DNA of 64,000 bases from NCBI GenBank assembly GCA_003707115.1, contig PPNB01000002.1:372001-436000 (forward strand), read 5' to 3'. Positions 42,584-52,982 of this stretch are shown here, one piece after another. The notes under the pieces were generated by a model. That model was not told where the DNA came from, made no database searches, and saw only the letters and a program-made list of their open reading frames with translations. Within the stretch, counting starts at the first letter, position 1, and each line of letters starts with the position of its first letter. The stretch comes from Tortispora ganteri. Taxonomy: Eukaryota. The translations under genes were made by a program, and so were the position numbers.

Positions 42584-42673
42584 TTTTATTTGCAATTTTT
42601 TACGGTTTATAATGCATTCTTTTCAGCACACAAACATGAAGTTGACATGACATTAAATAACTATATATTAAGT

Positions 42674-43615
42674 TTAGTCAAAGAGACCGAATCCCATGTC
42701 ATCATCGCTTTCCTCAGCTTCTTCAGCAGGAGCCTCTTCTTCAGCAGCACCACCGGCAGCAGCACCACCGGCAGCAGCAGCAGGAGCAGCAGAAGCGTAA
42801 GCATCAGGGTTAGCAAGGCGATCCTTGATAGCCTCCGAACCCTCGAAGGTGTAATCGGTAGCGATGGAGACAGCCAAAACATTCTTATAGTTATTGACCA
42901 ACAAGTGAGGGACAGCAACAATAGTGGGGAAACCAGTGGCCAAAGAGATGCAAGAGACAGCAGTGATGGCCTTGGTGAATTCCTCGACGAGAGTCTCGTC
43001 CTCGATATCGAGAATATCGGAAGCGAAGACTTCACCATTGTCGTACACCTGAGCAACGGTCATACCGTAGGTGAAGGGAGAAATGTTAAGCATGTTAAGC
43101 AAAGTTGCTTCGGAAGCACCGACACGCTGACCAGCGAAGACTACTTGAATTTCAGAAGTGATTTCAATGGTACCACGGGTAATCTTGGTGGGGATAGAGA
43201 GGGCCTGGAAGAAAGAGGTCTTACCAGGTTCCATACCGGTATTTCCAGGAGGCACAAAAACATCGACAGTTGACATAGCACCGGCACGAGCAGGAGCACG
43301 TACACGGTTGCTGAGAAGCTTCTCACGAACCTGTTTAAGGTCACCGTTGGTGAATACGAAACCAACGTTTCCACGGATATGAGGCAAAAGACGCTCAAGT
43401 TCGGGGAATTCATTAACAAGTCCACGGATGGCACGACGGACCATCGTGTTCTTTCCCATGAGGACTACAGCTTCTCCACGAAGGGCACGACGAATCTCGT
43501 GCATTTGCTGCGAAGATACATTGTCAACACCTACGAGAAAGATGGACTTGAACTCGGTGAAGAGTTCACGGAGCTTGACAAAGTATTCAGATTTCTTTTC
43601 ACGAGTACCTCCCAT
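42674..43615 (-). CDS. RPP0: 60S acidic ribosomal protein P0 (uL10)
   Basis: [24 protein letters not shown]-terminal [13 protein letters not shown]. Confidence 0.99.
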   Translation of the reverse strand: MGGTREKKSEYFVKLRELFTEFKSIFLVGVDNVSSQQMHEIRRALRGEAVVLMGKNTMVRRAIRGLVNEFPELERLLPHIRGNVGFVFTNGDLKQVREKLLSNRVRAPARAGAMSTVDVFVPPGNTGMEPGKTSFFQALSIPTKITRGTIEITSEIQVVFAGQRVGASEATLLNMLNISPFTYGMTVAQVYDNGEVFASDILDIEDETLVEEFTKAITAVSCISLATGFPTIVAVPHLLVNNYKNVLAVSIATDYTFEGSEAIKDRLANPDAYASAAPAAAAGGAAAGGAAEEEAPAEEAEESDDDMGFGLFD

Positions 43616-43849
43616 GTCTACTTTAATACGAAGAAAGGATGTTTAAAGGCACTCAAATATCGTTCGAATGGTTGAACGGGATTATACTTTGCGTTGCTCG
43701 AAGAGTGGATGTTTGGGAGCAGTCACGGTATAGGGCAAAATGATAGGGTTATTAGGCATCAGTGCCAGGTCAGTTGTGAACGCCCGCCACAGCGGTTTGA
43801 CGTCTTTAAAATTAGTATAGGCCGTTTTAATTTCATTAGCGGTACTACA

Positions 43850-43864
43850 GGAATATTCCAGAGT
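43850..43864 (+). promoter_or_regulatory. Heat-shock element (nGAAn-nTTCn-nGAGn) upstream of YDJ1
   Basis: gGAAt-aTTCc-aGAGt about 245 bp upstream of the YDJ1 ATG; TATA-like TATATATAA at 43998. Confidence 0.5.
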
Positions 43865-44096
43865 TATCATCCCTCTGAATGCAGCTGTGGAGCGGCGTGG
43901 AATGCCATAGAAAAGTCGAGAGACAGGGAGATGCCTAAATAGGCAAGAGGCAATCCCCTGCACTTGGGATATTAGTTAGTTTTGCGGACCTCCTTCTTAT
44001 ATATAACAGAGACATTCGTCGTTTCGACATACACGCGATAATAGAATAGCAAGTCTCCCTATTGGACAGATCATAGAGGAATAGTTAGTTGAAGAC

Positions 44097-45326
44097 ATGG
44101 TTAAAGAAACAAAACTGTATGACGTCTTGGGCGTCTCCGTTACAGCGACCGAAAGTGAGATCAAGAAGGCATATCGGGTCAATGCCTTGAAATACCACCC
44201 AGATAAGAATCAGCACAGCCCAGACGCTACCGAGAAATTCAAGGAAATCTCTACTGCTTATGAGATTCTTTCCTCCCCAGAAAAGCGTGAGATCTATGAT
44301 ACTTACGGTGAGGCTGGTCTCTCTGGTGAAGGCATGGGTGCTTCAGGCGCAGAAGACCTTTTCTCGCAGTTCTTTGGAGGCATGGGCGGCATGGGCGGCA
44401 TGTTTGGTGGCGGAGGAAGACCAACAGGCCCTACACGCTCGCGCGATATCGTTCATCCATTGCGTGTCTCTCTAGAAGATCTATATCGCGGCAAGGTAAG
44501 CAAAATGGCTTTATCCAAAACCGTTCTCTGTTCATCATGCAAAGGTCTTGGAGGAAAAGAAGGCGCCGTTAAAAAGTGCGCAAGCTGCGGTGGTGTCGGT
44601 GTGCGCGTAGTTACTCGTCAAATAGGTCCTATGATTCAGCGATATCAGACGGCTTGTAATGACTGTAATGGAGAGGGTGAGATTATCAACGAGAAAGACC
44701 GCTGCAAAACTTGCCGCGGAAAGAAAACTGTTACCGAGAAAAAAGTACTCGAAGTACATGTTGATAAGGGTATGGTTAACGGACAAAAGATCACCTTTCC
44801 TGAGGAAGGTGACCAAGGCCCCGACATTATTCCCGGAGATGTTGTCTTTGTAATTGAAGAAAAACCTCATGAACGTTTCGTGCGCAAGAAAGATGACCTT
44901 TACTTTAAAGCCAAAATTGATCTACTTACAGCTCTTGCTGGTGGTCAAATAGCAGTCCAGCACTTAGATGGTGAATGGCTTAAGATCGAAATTATTCCTG
45001 GTGAAGTTATACATCCTGGCCAAATTAAGGTAGTTTCTGGTCGCGGTATGCCGTCTTATCGTCACCACAATTACGGAAACCTTTATATTGAATTTGAAAT
45101 TGAGTTTCCTCCACCTCATTTCGCTACACCTGAAGCTCTGAGTGCTTTAGATGGAATTTTGCCTCCACGGATAGAACCTAGCATTCCCGAAGGCGTTCCT
45201 GTTGATGAGGTAGTCTTGGCGGATCCCGATCCCGCTGAAATGTCCAGAGCCCAGCATCAGCAGGCCACAGATGCCGATCAAGATGCTGATATGGAAGGCG
45301 AACGTGTGCAATGCGCTAGTCAGTAA
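44097..45326 (+). CDS. YDJ1: Type I Hsp40 co-chaperone
   Basis: J-domain HPD, G/F region, CxxCxGxG zinc-finger repeats, C-terminal CASQ CaaX box. Confidence 0.97.
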   Translation: MVKETKLYDVLGVSVTATESEIKKAYRVNALKYHPDKNQHSPDATEKFKEISTAYEILSSPEKREIYDTYGEAGLSGEGMGASGAEDLFSQFFGGMGGMGGMFGGGGRPTGPTRSRDIVHPLRVSLEDLYRGKVSKMALSKTVLCSSCKGLGGKEGAVKKCASCGGVGVRVVTRQIGPMIQRYQTACNDCNGEGEIINEKDRCKTCRGKKTVTEKKVLEVHVDKGMVNGQKITFPEEGDQGPDIIPGDVVFVIEEKPHERFVRKKDDLYFKAKIDLLTALAGGQIAVQHLDGEWLKIEIIPGEVIHPGQIKVVSGRGMPSYRHHNYGNLYIEFEIEFPPPHFATPEALSALDGILPPRIEPSIPEGVPVDEVVLADPDPAEMSRAQHQQATDADQDADMEGERVQCASQ

Positions 45327-45395
45327 GCTAATATCTCATTATACTCTTATGCGCGGAATCTAAATTCTCTCTGTGAACCTTTTCGTTTTGTATAA

Positions 45396-46373
45396 TTATG
45401 TAAATTTAGTAATAGCTTTTGATCCCTTTTTGAGCTTTCGTTTAGCGATATCCATATCCGAATCTATTTGATCCAGTGCGGCGTTGTGAAGCTCCAGTTC
45501 GTTGTTAATATCTATTCCGAGCTGCTTTTGGCGGGCAATAGCTGTATGCAAATCTTCTAGTTGTTCGTCCTGTTGGATAATTTTTGTCTTCTGTAATTCC
45601 AATAATCCTTCGTTGTCTCTTATGCGAGTTTCTGCTGTTTCTGCAGGTTTTCCGATAACTCTGCGCGGCCGATCGGCGCCGTTTAATTGGAATAGCGCTT
45701 GCCGGTCTGATGCTGAAGCCTGTTCCGTATATGCTGTATCAGTTTGTGGTGCAGAAGACTGAATTGACCGCAATAAGTCATCTAATGCATTCTTTTCATT
45801 AAGTAGAGTGCTGTAAAGTTCACGTCGTCTTCTGAGTTCACCAGGTCCCAGACCAGTGGATGCCTTCAACTCGACCTCCAAGGTAGAGAGGTCTCTGCCC
45901 GAACGAACCAGGTTAGTTTTAGCCTCTAGTACAATTTTTCTGTCCGACCCGCCAAATCCACGCTGGTCCACTAGTTGACGTCTGATATTGTGTAACTGAG
46001 ATTTAATTGATCTGTAGCAGTCGAGCCAGTCAAATACCTCGCTAGTTCGACGGGTATCTGTGGGGAGGTTCAAGAACGCCCGTAATGTGCTAGTTTTGAG
46101 CAATCTGCCATCTTCTAATGTGACAACAATTTTGAGGTACTTTTCAAGACCTTCTCGTCTTTTTTCGATCTTGTCGCCCAATCCAATATGTACTTTGGGC
46201 GGAAGCGAAGGCAACTGAATGCCGTGGTGTGAGAGTTCATTATTCAATATAACGAAATCAGAGTATCTGTGTGATACCTTGTGCACGTTTTCTCCATTTT
46301 TAACATTTATATTGTAAACTATATGAGGTCTTGGTAGTTGTACAGTTCCCGTAGATAATATACTAATATCCAT
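45396..46373 (-). CDS. VAM7: PX-domain Qc-SNARE
   Basis: HRYSDF..LPPK PX domain; C-terminal QDEQLEDL..RQKQLG..INNEL SNARE motif with no TM; start 46373 (alternative 46421). Confidence 0.85.
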   Translation of the reverse strand: MDISILSTGTVQLPRPHIVYNINVKNGENVHKVSHRYSDFVILNNELSHHGIQLPSLPPKVHIGLGDKIEKRREGLEKYLKIVVTLEDGRLLKTSTLRAFLNLPTDTRRTSEVFDWLDCYRSIKSQLHNIRRQLVDQRGFGGSDRKIVLEAKTNLVRSGRDLSTLEVELKASTGLGPGELRRRRELYSTLLNEKNALDDLLRSIQSSAPQTDTAYTEQASASDRQALFQLNGADRPRRVIGKPAETAETRIRDNEGLLELQKTKIIQQDEQLEDLHTAIARQKQLGIDINNELELHNAALDQIDSDMDIAKRKLKKGSKAITKFT

Positions 46374-46742
46374 TTCTCGATATGTTGCAGTCACAGGGCA
46401 AGTGTGAGTATCATGTCCCATTAAGGTAATAACAAAACAGGCTGATAACCAATATACGAAATTTATAGTCGAAATAAACACTGATATATTATATTATCAT
46501 TTTTAAAATTTCATAAAATAAAAAAAAAAAAGATACAACTATGAAAGCGGCGTTAAATCGTTAGCTCATTTGTCAACATCGTCTCCCCGCTTCGTGCACA
46601 TGAATCGACCAATAATACGCCTTAATTCGAAATCCAATTTAAGCCCATCCCATAACTACACCACGGCAGTTCAGATCACATTGCAACGTCCACACTTGAC
46701 CTTTACCTCAGCATTCCTGCTAATAAGAAAAGCATTATACTT

Positions 46743-48815
46743 ATGGGATTGCTTGGCTACGGCAATCAAAATGAGAAGGACAGACTTGTTTCTGAGGCTA
46801 AAGTGCGCTTAAGTAATGCAGAAACGTACGAGGACTGGCTTACACAGGCTAAACAACTTGATCTCCTATTAGGAAACGACCAATGGAAACGTGATCCTGA
46901 AAGTGACGATTATGACTGGAGGCTGATTCAACGGAAACTTGTAGAATTAAAACAAGCCCGTAAGGAAGGTGATTTAAAGAAGCTTTTATTTATTATTAAG
47001 ACAACATGGGCTAGAAATCCAGGCAACATGGGAAACCTCAAATTATATTCTCATTCATACACGGGAACTAAAGATCTAGTTGAAGAATACATTCTAGAAT
47101 GTCAACGTGCTTTAGATGACATTGTTTCTGCTCCAAGTTCTGTGTCTCAGGATCGTGAGATTCTCGAAACTCTTCATCGATCGCAGCAAGGGTTTGGACG
47201 TACCGCACTGTTACTCTCTGGAGGTGGAACTATGGGTATGCTTCATACTGGTGTGCTGGTAGGTCTCATAGAAGCAGATTTGTTACCAAGAATAATATCT
47301 GGATCATCTGCTGGCGCCATTGTTGCTAGTGTTGTCTGTACTAAGACCCGCACAGAGATCTACGAAGCTATGTCTAACTTTGTTGACACAAACTTAAATG
47401 CGTTCGAAATAACTGGCGCAGAAGAGTCACTATTCACTCGTTTAGCAAGGTTTCTGAAACATGGCGCTTGGATAGATATCTCCTATCTTTCAAATATCAT
47501 GGAAGGATTAGTAGGAGATCTCACATTCCAAGAAGCATATAATCGCTCAAGACGCGTACTAAATATTACAGTTTCGTCTGCAGGAATTTATGAGGTTCCA
47601 AGGCTTTTGAACTATCTGACAGCGCCTAATGTGCTTATAAGATCTGCAGTATGCTGTTCCTGTTCGCTGCCTTTAGTGTTCTCGTCCCATAATTTATTAG
47701 CAAAAGATCCTGTCACAAATGAACTTGTACAGTGGTCTCCTTCACCGCAAAAATTCGTGGACGGATCAGTTGATAATGATCTTCCTTTAGCTAGATTATC
47801 TGAAATGTTCAATGTCGACCACTTCATAGTATCACAAGTGAATCCGCACGTTGTGCCCTTTCTGAGAGACTCTGAAGAACAGACATCGCCGAAAGGATTT
47901 TTTGGCGTATTCAAACGGCCGCTGCGGGACCTGTACTCGTTACTGGCGGATGAGGTCATGCATGATTCTGGAATTCTGACCGAGGCAGGGATAATGCCAA
48001 ATGTATTCACGAAGCTGAAATCAGTTGTCGCCCAGAAATATTCCGGCGATATAACCATTCTTCCAGAGATCAAGCGTCGTGAACTTGGAAGGATCTTGAA
48101 GAATCCAACCAAGGAATTCATGGTTGATACCAGAATGAGAGGTTTAAGAGCTACTTGGCCTCTTCTTTCCATTATCAAGAATCACTGTGCCGTGGAGTTG
48201 TCTCTTGATAACACGATTAATATTGTTCGGGCGAGGCTACTATTTGTTCATAACGTGCGGTATATGATAGACTCGAGACCTGTGTCTATAACTCTGAATT
48301 TGAGCTCTGATGCTAATTCTGCACCCTCAAGTGTTTTAAAGAAGCGAAAATCACATATTGAGCTAAGTTCAAAAATTGGAGCGACCTATTCTGGTAGACC
48401 AACCGATTCGCCATCCACACCAATAACTGCAAAAAGATCTTTTAGTATCAGTGAAACTGAAAAGACGGCCTTTTACACTGTATCGAATTCCAAATCGCAT
48501 CCTGGTTCACCACGTGCCGAGCGCCGCGTTACGATATCTGCTGGTGGTGGAGGTAAATACCGTCAGGATCCGCGGCACCGTGGATCAGCGACTGAACTTC
48601 ATATGACTTTCATTAAGTCAAACCAGCCCGGAACTATATGCCCATTGACAACTACGTCTTCGCACAAACGCAGCGTAAGCAACATAGATGAGTCACAGTT
48701 ATCGATGATATCGTCGCAAAGCGAAGAGGAAGTTGTCGATGCAGAAACCAGTGAACTGGATTCTGAGAACGCTTCTCCTTCTTATTATTTCCAATATGAC
48801 CATGACAATATGTAA
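46743..48815 (+). CDS. TGL4: Patatin-domain triacylglycerol lipase (Tgl4/Tgl5)
   Basis: GRTALLLSGGG, SGSSAGA, DGSVDNDLP, HFIVSQVNPH. Confidence 0.9.
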   Translation: MGLLGYGNQNEKDRLVSEAKVRLSNAETYEDWLTQAKQLDLLLGNDQWKRDPESDDYDWRLIQRKLVELKQARKEGDLKKLLFIIKTTWARNPGNMGNLKLYSHSYTGTKDLVEEYILECQRALDDIVSAPSSVSQDREILETLHRSQQGFGRTALLLSGGGTMGMLHTGVLVGLIEADLLPRIISGSSAGAIVASVVCTKTRTEIYEAMSNFVDTNLNAFEITGAEESLFTRLARFLKHGAWIDISYLSNIMEGLVGDLTFQEAYNRSRRVLNITVSSAGIYEVPRLLNYLTAPNVLIRSAVCCSCSLPLVFSSHNLLAKDPVTNELVQWSPSPQKFVDGSVDNDLPLARLSEMFNVDHFIVSQVNPHVVPFLRDSEEQTSPKGFFGVFKRPLRDLYSLLADEVMHDSGILTEAGIMPNVFTKLKSVVAQKYSGDITILPEIKRRELGRILKNPTKEFMVDTRMRGLRATWPLLSIIKNHCAVELSLDNTINIVRARLLFVHNVRYMIDSRPVSITLNLSSDANSAPSSVLKKRKSHIELSSKIGATYSGRPTDSPSTPITAKRSFSISETEKTAFYTVSNSKSHPGSPRAERRVTISAGGGGKYRQDPRHRGSATELHMTFIKSNQPGTICPLTTTSSHKRSVSNIDESQLSMISSQSEEEVVDAETSELDSENASPSYYFQYDHDNM

Positions 48816-49390
48816 TCTATTAATTTGTTTATTGCACCGTTAGAGCTGTAGAAGTGATCTGTATCTATCTTGCGTATCTCGATAGCGCCCCTAACAAGTA
48901 CATCATAAGATGCCATTGAACTGAATAAATCCTTTTCAGCAGCCACAAGTAGCGTAGGAATATCACTTTTAGTCTTCACAGTTAATTTCCCCGTAGAACA
49001 TGCCCAGGCTGCAATTCCGGTAGGCGGACTAATAAGAAGTAGCGCATCAGGGTTAGCATTGGCGCCGGCATTGGATGCGATCAGCGCCCCGTACGAATAT
49101 CCACCATAGACGACTGGAACAGAAGGAAATTTATTGGAAACAAACTTTACAGCCTCTATATAATCGTTTACATCGGATTTTGCCGAAAAGAGTGTGGTCC
49201 TTGCACTGTAGAGAAGAACAGCCACTGATTGATGATCTACCAGTGCACGCGCTACGGTTTGCACAACAGGGTCATTGATTGATCCACCAAGCAGCAGATA
49301 AGGATGCGCAATAACGCATGTATATTTTATCTTGCCAGAATTAATGTATAGTTTACCTCTCAAATTCGGTCCAATATCTACGTCTGTCAT
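48785..49390 (-). CDS. Small alpha/beta hydrolase
   Basis: AHPYLLLGGSINDPVV, GYSYG nucleophile elbow, EKDLF (Asp), TDHFY (His). Confidence 0.8.
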   Translation of the reverse strand: MTDVDIGPNLRGKLYINSGKIKYTCVIAHPYLLLGGSINDPVVQTVARALVDHQSVAVLLYSARTTLFSAKSDVNDYIEAVKFVSNKFPSVPVVYGGYSYGALIASNAGANANPDALLLISPPTGIAAWACSTGKLTVKTKSDIPTLLVAAEKDLFSSMASYDVLVRGAIEIRKIDTDHFYSSNGAINKLIDYILSWSYWK

Positions 49391-49454
49391 AAGCTGGCTG
49401 CAGTGTGAGTCTAAAAGGTAAGGTTATACAAAAATGTCATGTCATTATCATAAA

Positions 49455-51143
49455 CTATAGCGCAAGTGCCATTTCAGTTGGTGCCATATCAGTCACTAAC
49501 GGAGGAAATCCTAATGCTCCAGAAGGCGATACTTCTGTCATAGGAATATATGTCACAGTACTAGTGATCCTAGGCACACCAATGGTCTCATCGCCCGTGC
49601 GCGCAGACGCTTCATCAGACGAAAAATTAATCTCCAGTGTTTGCAAAACACTTGCAGGTGAGGGCGGTGCGGCATTAAAATACGTCCTGGATCGATTTCC
49701 AGGTGCCAAAATAGATTTCAATTGTGAAGGTGTTATCCTCTTTTCCTGTGCAGCAACTTCAGTACTCTGTGGCGGGTCTCGCGATGGTGCAGTACTACCG
49801 TTATCTGTAGTCTCTGCAACTTCTGCGGATTCAACACTGCCATTCTGACGTCTCAGCAATATAGATGTCAAACTATCAAGCAATTCCGGATTAGATACCA
49901 TGTTATTGACAAACTGTGATATTTGCGAGTCTGAAGAACTTAGTAGCTCAGTCAAAGCGCCGTCTATATCCGTCTCTGAAGATTGATTCACATTTCCACT
50001 ATTATTCGTATATCCAGAAGAGCCTGCCCTGTTTCCGTTTCTATTATGCGATTGGTTCTGCTTCCATAACCGTTTCTCGCGACGACGCTCAAATTCTGTC
50101 TGTATCCACTGCTCTTTCGCTTCCGACGACTCGCTTCCAAACAGCTCACCAGCACGCTTTATCACACGAACGCGAAGATCATTATCCAAATTGCGTTCCG
50201 CATGTAATTGTCTCCAGCGTTGTTTTCTAATACGATTGGTGTTCCGAATATGCAAAACCATACCTTCGTCTGAAGGTTTAGGAGCAGGTCTTCTAACTCT
50301 TCTAGAAGTTGTGCTGCGTGGTGCAGGTGCAGGTGCTGTTAGTGCAGAAGGTAAAGCTTGAGAAGAGCCAGATAGTGCTACTTGTACCATTTCAAGAATG
50401 TCGGGTATCGCATCATCGGAATGATCAGTCGATTCTAAAATTTGGGTAGCCAAACTAACAGCGTTCCTCGCTGATGATTCTAACGCGATATCGTCCAAAC
50501 TTTTCAGTAAAGCCAGCAGATCTTCCTTTGAGATCTGTGCTGGCGATGAAGAAGGCTGTTCACCTTGTGGCTGAGTAGAAGCAGAAGTTTCTACGAGATC
50601 AGCTAGATTCAGATGAGGGTCAGCCTGGACAAGCGATTCAAGTGTTGGTGTAACGTTATCAGTCATATGCGTATCACTTATTGGACCAAGAACTGGAGGG
50701 TCATATGCACTCGGCTCATTCTGTCCGAAGTCGTGTAGAACTCTAGGCAATGACTGTTGTCCTTGATTCTCCTGTTGATCCAAAGTGCCTTTGTCTGATT
50801 GAGAATCACCACTAGGCATGTTTGTATGTGTTGACTGATCCTGAGCCTCGAGAGCTTCCAACGACTGGAGATCGATCGATCCAGATTGTACGAGCGAAGA
50901 GACCGCATTGATAATTGAATCATAGTCTGGTTCGTTCTGCGCGGTAGTCTGATCTGCATCAGACGAAGCTTGTTGATCCTGCTGGTCAGTCGCAGGTTGC
51001 TCTTGGTGAGTTGCCTGAGCAGCATTCAGTTCAGGTAATAGCTCGTTTAACGCGTCGATAGGTATATCAGCGGCTGCCAGACTGGCAGCTATCTGATCTA
51101 GCGTCGAATCATCATAGTGTGGATCCTGATTATTGGACTCCAT
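49455..51143 (-). CDS. DUF3020 (Spp41-like) nuclear protein
   Basis: NRIRKQRWRQLHAERNLDNDLRVRVIKRA..LFG..KEQWIQTEFERRREKR; first ATG at 51143. Confidence 0.75.
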   Translation of the reverse strand: MESNNQDPHYDDSTLDQIAASLAAADIPIDALNELLPELNAAQATHQEQPATDQQDQQASSDADQTTAQNEPDYDSIINAVSSLVQSGSIDLQSLEALEAQDQSTHTNMPSGDSQSDKGTLDQQENQGQQSLPRVLHDFGQNEPSAYDPPVLGPISDTHMTDNVTPTLESLVQADPHLNLADLVETSASTQPQGEQPSSSPAQISKEDLLALLKSLDDIALESSARNAVSLATQILESTDHSDDAIPDILEMVQVALSGSSQALPSALTAPAPAPRSTTSRRVRRPAPKPSDEGMVLHIRNTNRIRKQRWRQLHAERNLDNDLRVRVIKRAGELFGSESSEAKEQWIQTEFERRREKRLWKQNQSHNRNGNRAGSSGYTNNSGNVNQSSETDIDGALTELLSSSDSQISQFVNNMVSNPELLDSLTSILLRRQNGSVESAEVAETTDNGSTAPSRDPPQSTEVAAQEKRITPSQLKSILAPGNRSRTYFNAAPPSPASVLQTLEINFSSDEASARTGDETIGVPRITSTVTYIPMTEVSPSGALGFPPLVTDMAPTEMALAL

Positions 51144-51386
51144 ACTCAAAGGTAGGTCTGGCAGGGCAGGGTTCAATGTTAGGTTTGTGACTGCAATTTT
51201 TCGCTGTCACATATGTTGTTTTCATAATGGAAAATTCTCATTGGGCAGTGTAGCACTTGTGTTGCTAAGACAACAGGCCTCCAAGGTTACTAGCTACATA
51301 CACTGGGACCTGCTTCGACTAAATAGAATAGCCCAAGTGATTCACCCTTTTACTTCTACTTTATTCGTTCTTTGCACAGTCTAATA

Positions 51387-51677
51387 ATGATTACCAAATA
51401 CTTCTCAAATGTCACTGTCAAGTTTAACCCTTTTAGAAACAGTGGCAAGGCTATGAGACTCTTCATTAACCAAATTCCTGCTTCTACTAGGCAACACGCT
51501 AAAGTCACATACACTGTCCTCCCGAAAGACTCCACAGAACCCGCTCTGGTCGACATAACTTTCAAAGACAAGCACCGCGTTAAGTTCAACCCTGAAGAAA
51601 AGACTTTAGATGAGATTATTGCTAACCTCGAGCTGCATTCGCGTCAATTAAGTCTGGCGGACGCTATGTCCGGATGA
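51387..51677 (+). CDS. MRPL44: Mitochondrial ribosomal protein mL53
   Basis: MITKYFSNVTVKFNPF..K..RLF; ITFKD; HSRQL. Confidence 0.9.
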   Translation: MITKYFSNVTVKFNPFRNSGKAMRLFINQIPASTRQHAKVTYTVLPKDSTEPALVDITFKDKHRVKFNPEEKTLDEIIANLELHSRQLSLADAMSG

Positions 51678-52056
51678 ATGCTTTCTCACACAGTAATTTT
51701 TGTACTATCACTGTGTAGTATTCAGTATTAACCTAACCCTTGTTCAAAAGAGTGAAAATCTCGACGAGAAAAATCCTGTTTGAAGCCGCAAACCATTCTT
51801 ATTAGTTGAACAAACAGCCCACACAGATAATTGAATATTCAAGTATCTAGTAAAGAAAACTATTAATAGTTTTTCTTGTGTTTGTTTTCTTGTCTTAAAA
51901 GGAAGAAATATCGTTAGGCGATATTTCTAGATTAGGGGCGAATTCAGTTTAACTTCTTCACATAGTCGTTTTTTGCTATACTATTTGAGGAAATAGTTTA
52001 GCTTCTTCTTCTTCTATTCATAAGTTTTTACTTTTTTTTAGTCGATCGAAAGTATA

Positions 52057-52599
52057 ATGGAAGCTCTTCCATCAGAACAGCCTACTTCCGGAGGAAGTTT
52101 CCACGGATATAGGGGCCGCAGCTGCTATAATTGCGGTGTTCCCGGCCATCAAGCGAAAGAATGCCCTAAACAGGGATCTCCTGTTTGCTACAACTGTGGA
52201 AACGACGGCCATCTTTCCAAGGAATGCACTGAACCCACTCGTGAGAAAGCATGTTACCAGTGTGGTGAAACAGGTCATATTGGTCGTGATTGTCCCGTAA
52301 GCCCTCCCCCACCTACCTCTTCTTCTTCTCGAAGCTACAGTTCTGGCGCGGACTGCTATCGATGCGGCAAGTCTGGTCATATTGCTCGTAATTGCCGTTC
52401 TAACGGAAGCGTTATGTGCTATTCTTGTGGAGGACATGGTCATTTGAGCCGTGACTGCACCCAGGGTAGCAAGTGCTACAATTGTGGTAAGATGGGTCAT
52501 CTGTCAAAAGAATGCACTGATACTCACGATAAGGTATGTTACCGATGCAAACAGCCTGGTCATATCGCCATTGACTGCAGTGAACCTGTAGCCACTTAG
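52057..52599 (+). CDS. GIS2: CNBP/Gis2 RNA-binding protein with seven CCHC zinc knuckles
   Basis: Seven CxxCxxxxHxxxxC repeats counted. Confidence 0.93.
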   Translation: MEALPSEQPTSGGSFHGYRGRSCYNCGVPGHQAKECPKQGSPVCYNCGNDGHLSKECTEPTREKACYQCGETGHIGRDCPVSPPPPTSSSSRSYSSGADCYRCGKSGHIARNCRSNGSVMCYSCGGHGHLSRDCTQGSKCYNCGKMGHLSKECTDTHDKVCYRCKQPGHIAIDCSEPVAT

Positions 52600-52982
52600 A
52601 GAGAGACCTTTTCATCGTACACTGGCTTTCGGTTTCGAATAGCTATATGTTTGGTTTTTCCTTTAAATGATATACCTTTTTTTTTCGGAGAAAACATGAA
52701 GAATAGTAAAAAAGAAAAGGGTTCTCAGTTAGCCTCGTCTGACGAATTTCTTTACCCTTTGAGAATTCTTTTTATAATTAGCTGTTGCTCGGGAATAGTA
52801 TAAGTAAAAATGTAAGGGAAATAAAAGCTACTTTTGATTTGAGAAACAGGATGTATTATTTGTATTAAGAGAGACCTCTATTTATAGGATTATCCTTCTA
52901 TGAGAAAACCAAATTTTAAGAATCTGTTTGTTGCACCTTTTTCGTTCTTTTTTTAATGACGACAATAAAACTATCAAATCCA

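Noticed and set aside
42590..43273. 227-aa antisense ORF over RPP0 (and similar shadow ORFs over NUO51, YDJ1, TGL4, VTC2, GIS2)
   Set aside because: Expected from strong codon bias on the sense strand; no recognisable protein features
43682..43963. 93-aa minus-strand ORF between RPP0 and YDJ1
   Set aside because: Non-ATG start, no family motif, and it sits in the divergent promoter containing the HSE and TATA-like elements
52057..52599. Zinc knuckles as a retrotransposon Gag remnant
   Set aside because: Seven-knuckle CNBP/Gis2 architecture; no LTR, protease, RT or integrase nearby
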